A stretch of DNA of 64,000 nucleotides from Myxococcota bacterium (GTDB taxonomy: Bacteria; Myxococcota_A; UBA796; SXON01), in the NCBI GenBank assembly GCA_040386535.1, contig JAZKFH010000013.1:1-64000 (forward strand), given 5' to 3'. Both the position numbers and the translations under genes were made by a program. The notes below the pieces were generated by a model. It was not told where the DNA came from. It made no database searches and saw only the letters and a program-made list of their open reading frames with translations. This document shows positions 63,233-64,000 of the stretch, piece after piece. Position 1 is the first letter of the stretch. Each line of letters opens with the position of its first letter.

Positions 63233-64000
63233 GTGCAGAAGGCCGACCGAACATCCGCACCTGGTGTCCTGGCGCTCCTGATCGGCGCGGTCATCTCCAT
63301 CGCGACGACGTGCGGGCCCCCCGATCGCGTGCCTCCGCCCTTCTTCGACACGGGCGGGGGCGGTGGTGGCGGCGGCGGGGGCGGCACCGAAGAGGATGTC
63401 GGCTACACCCTCGGAGACGAGGGCGCCTTCACGCTCCGCTCGGTCGGGGACACGGTCGTCCGCACCGTGCGCGTGACGCTGAACGAGGACTGCTTGACGG
63501 AGGTGCCCGAGTACCTCTGGGGGTATCCATCGGGGTGGGTGGTGCTCGCGGTGGACGTGAACAACGGGCTCCCGGATGGCGACACCGGGGCGGAAGACAC
63601 CGCGGTCGACACGGCTGCCGAGGACACGGCGGCCGAGGACACGGCGACGGACGACACGGCGACCCCCGACACCGGCGTGGACACCGCGACGGCTGACACC
63701 GGCGCCGACGACACCGGCGCCGACGACACCGCCGACACTGGCGCCGACACCGCCGACACCGGCCCCGCTCCCGACGCACGCTACCGCGTCTCCATGACGC
63801 GGAACGACGGCGTCGTCGTGCTGGATGACCGCTTCCGTCTCGACGGCGGGGCCGCGACGCGCACCAACGCGTCGGATCTCGCGCCCTTCGAGGGCTGCAC
63901 GCGCGACGCGCCGTGCGAGCGCAGCTGGGAGGTGGCCGTGACGCTCACCGAGGGCGAAGCCATCCACGGCACGCTCGACGTGCACGCCCACATCGAGCTG
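63233..64000 (+). CDS. exported/lipoprotein-like protein with poly-Gly and Asp/Thr-rich repeats (partial, absent from the ORF track)
   Basis: GGAGGA RBS; GTG start; hydrophobic GVLALLIGAVISIATTC; frame open to the window end; DTA/DTG repeats. Confidence 0.7.
   Translation, partial: MQKADRTSAPGVLALLIGAVISIATTCGPPDRVPPPFFDTGGGGGGGGGGGTEEDVGYTLGDEGAFTLRSVGDTVVRTVRVTLNEDCLTEVPEYLWGYPSGWVVLAVDVNNGLPDGDTGAEDTAVDTAAEDTAAEDTATDDTATPDTGVDTATADTGADDTGADDTADTGADTADTGPAPDARYRVSMTRNDGVVVLDDRFRLDGGAATRTNASDLAPFEGCTRDAPCERSWEVAVTLTEGEAIHGTLDVHAHIEL

Overview
High-GC bacterial DNA, probably Myxococcota-like (inferred from a Haliangium-type microcompartment locus, Asp/Thr-repeat lipoproteins and gene content). 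The left ~38 kb is an integrative defence island inserted at the 3' end of a tRNA-Val(CAC) gene (38183-38257, minus). Its tyrosine integrase reads into the antisense strand of the tRNA. The island carries xis/XRE/winged-helix regulators, an AIPR protein and a DUF3883 nuclease. It also has a BREX operon of mixed type (brxE-brxA-brxB-brxC-pglX-[ABC ATPase + TOPRIM pair]-pglZ-brxL) and a 2060-aa double-NTPase protein with a C-terminal nucleoside phosphorylase. The best candidate for an undescribed system is a tightly coupled four-gene operon: ECF sigma factor, 175-aa protein, 325-aa anti-sigma-like protein, and a Lon-protease/NACHT/HEAT protein. It looks like a CRISPR-independent, NLR-triggered protease-to-sigma-factor cascade. 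The right ~26 kb is host backbone: SPFH pair, ssb, dNK-panB-panC, leuA/leuB-like genes, thiolase, desaturase, degenerate AsnB and peroxiredoxin homologues, REP-like repeats, and a microcompartment locus with an aldehyde dehydrogenase. All assignments come from motif reading by eye; no database searches were run.
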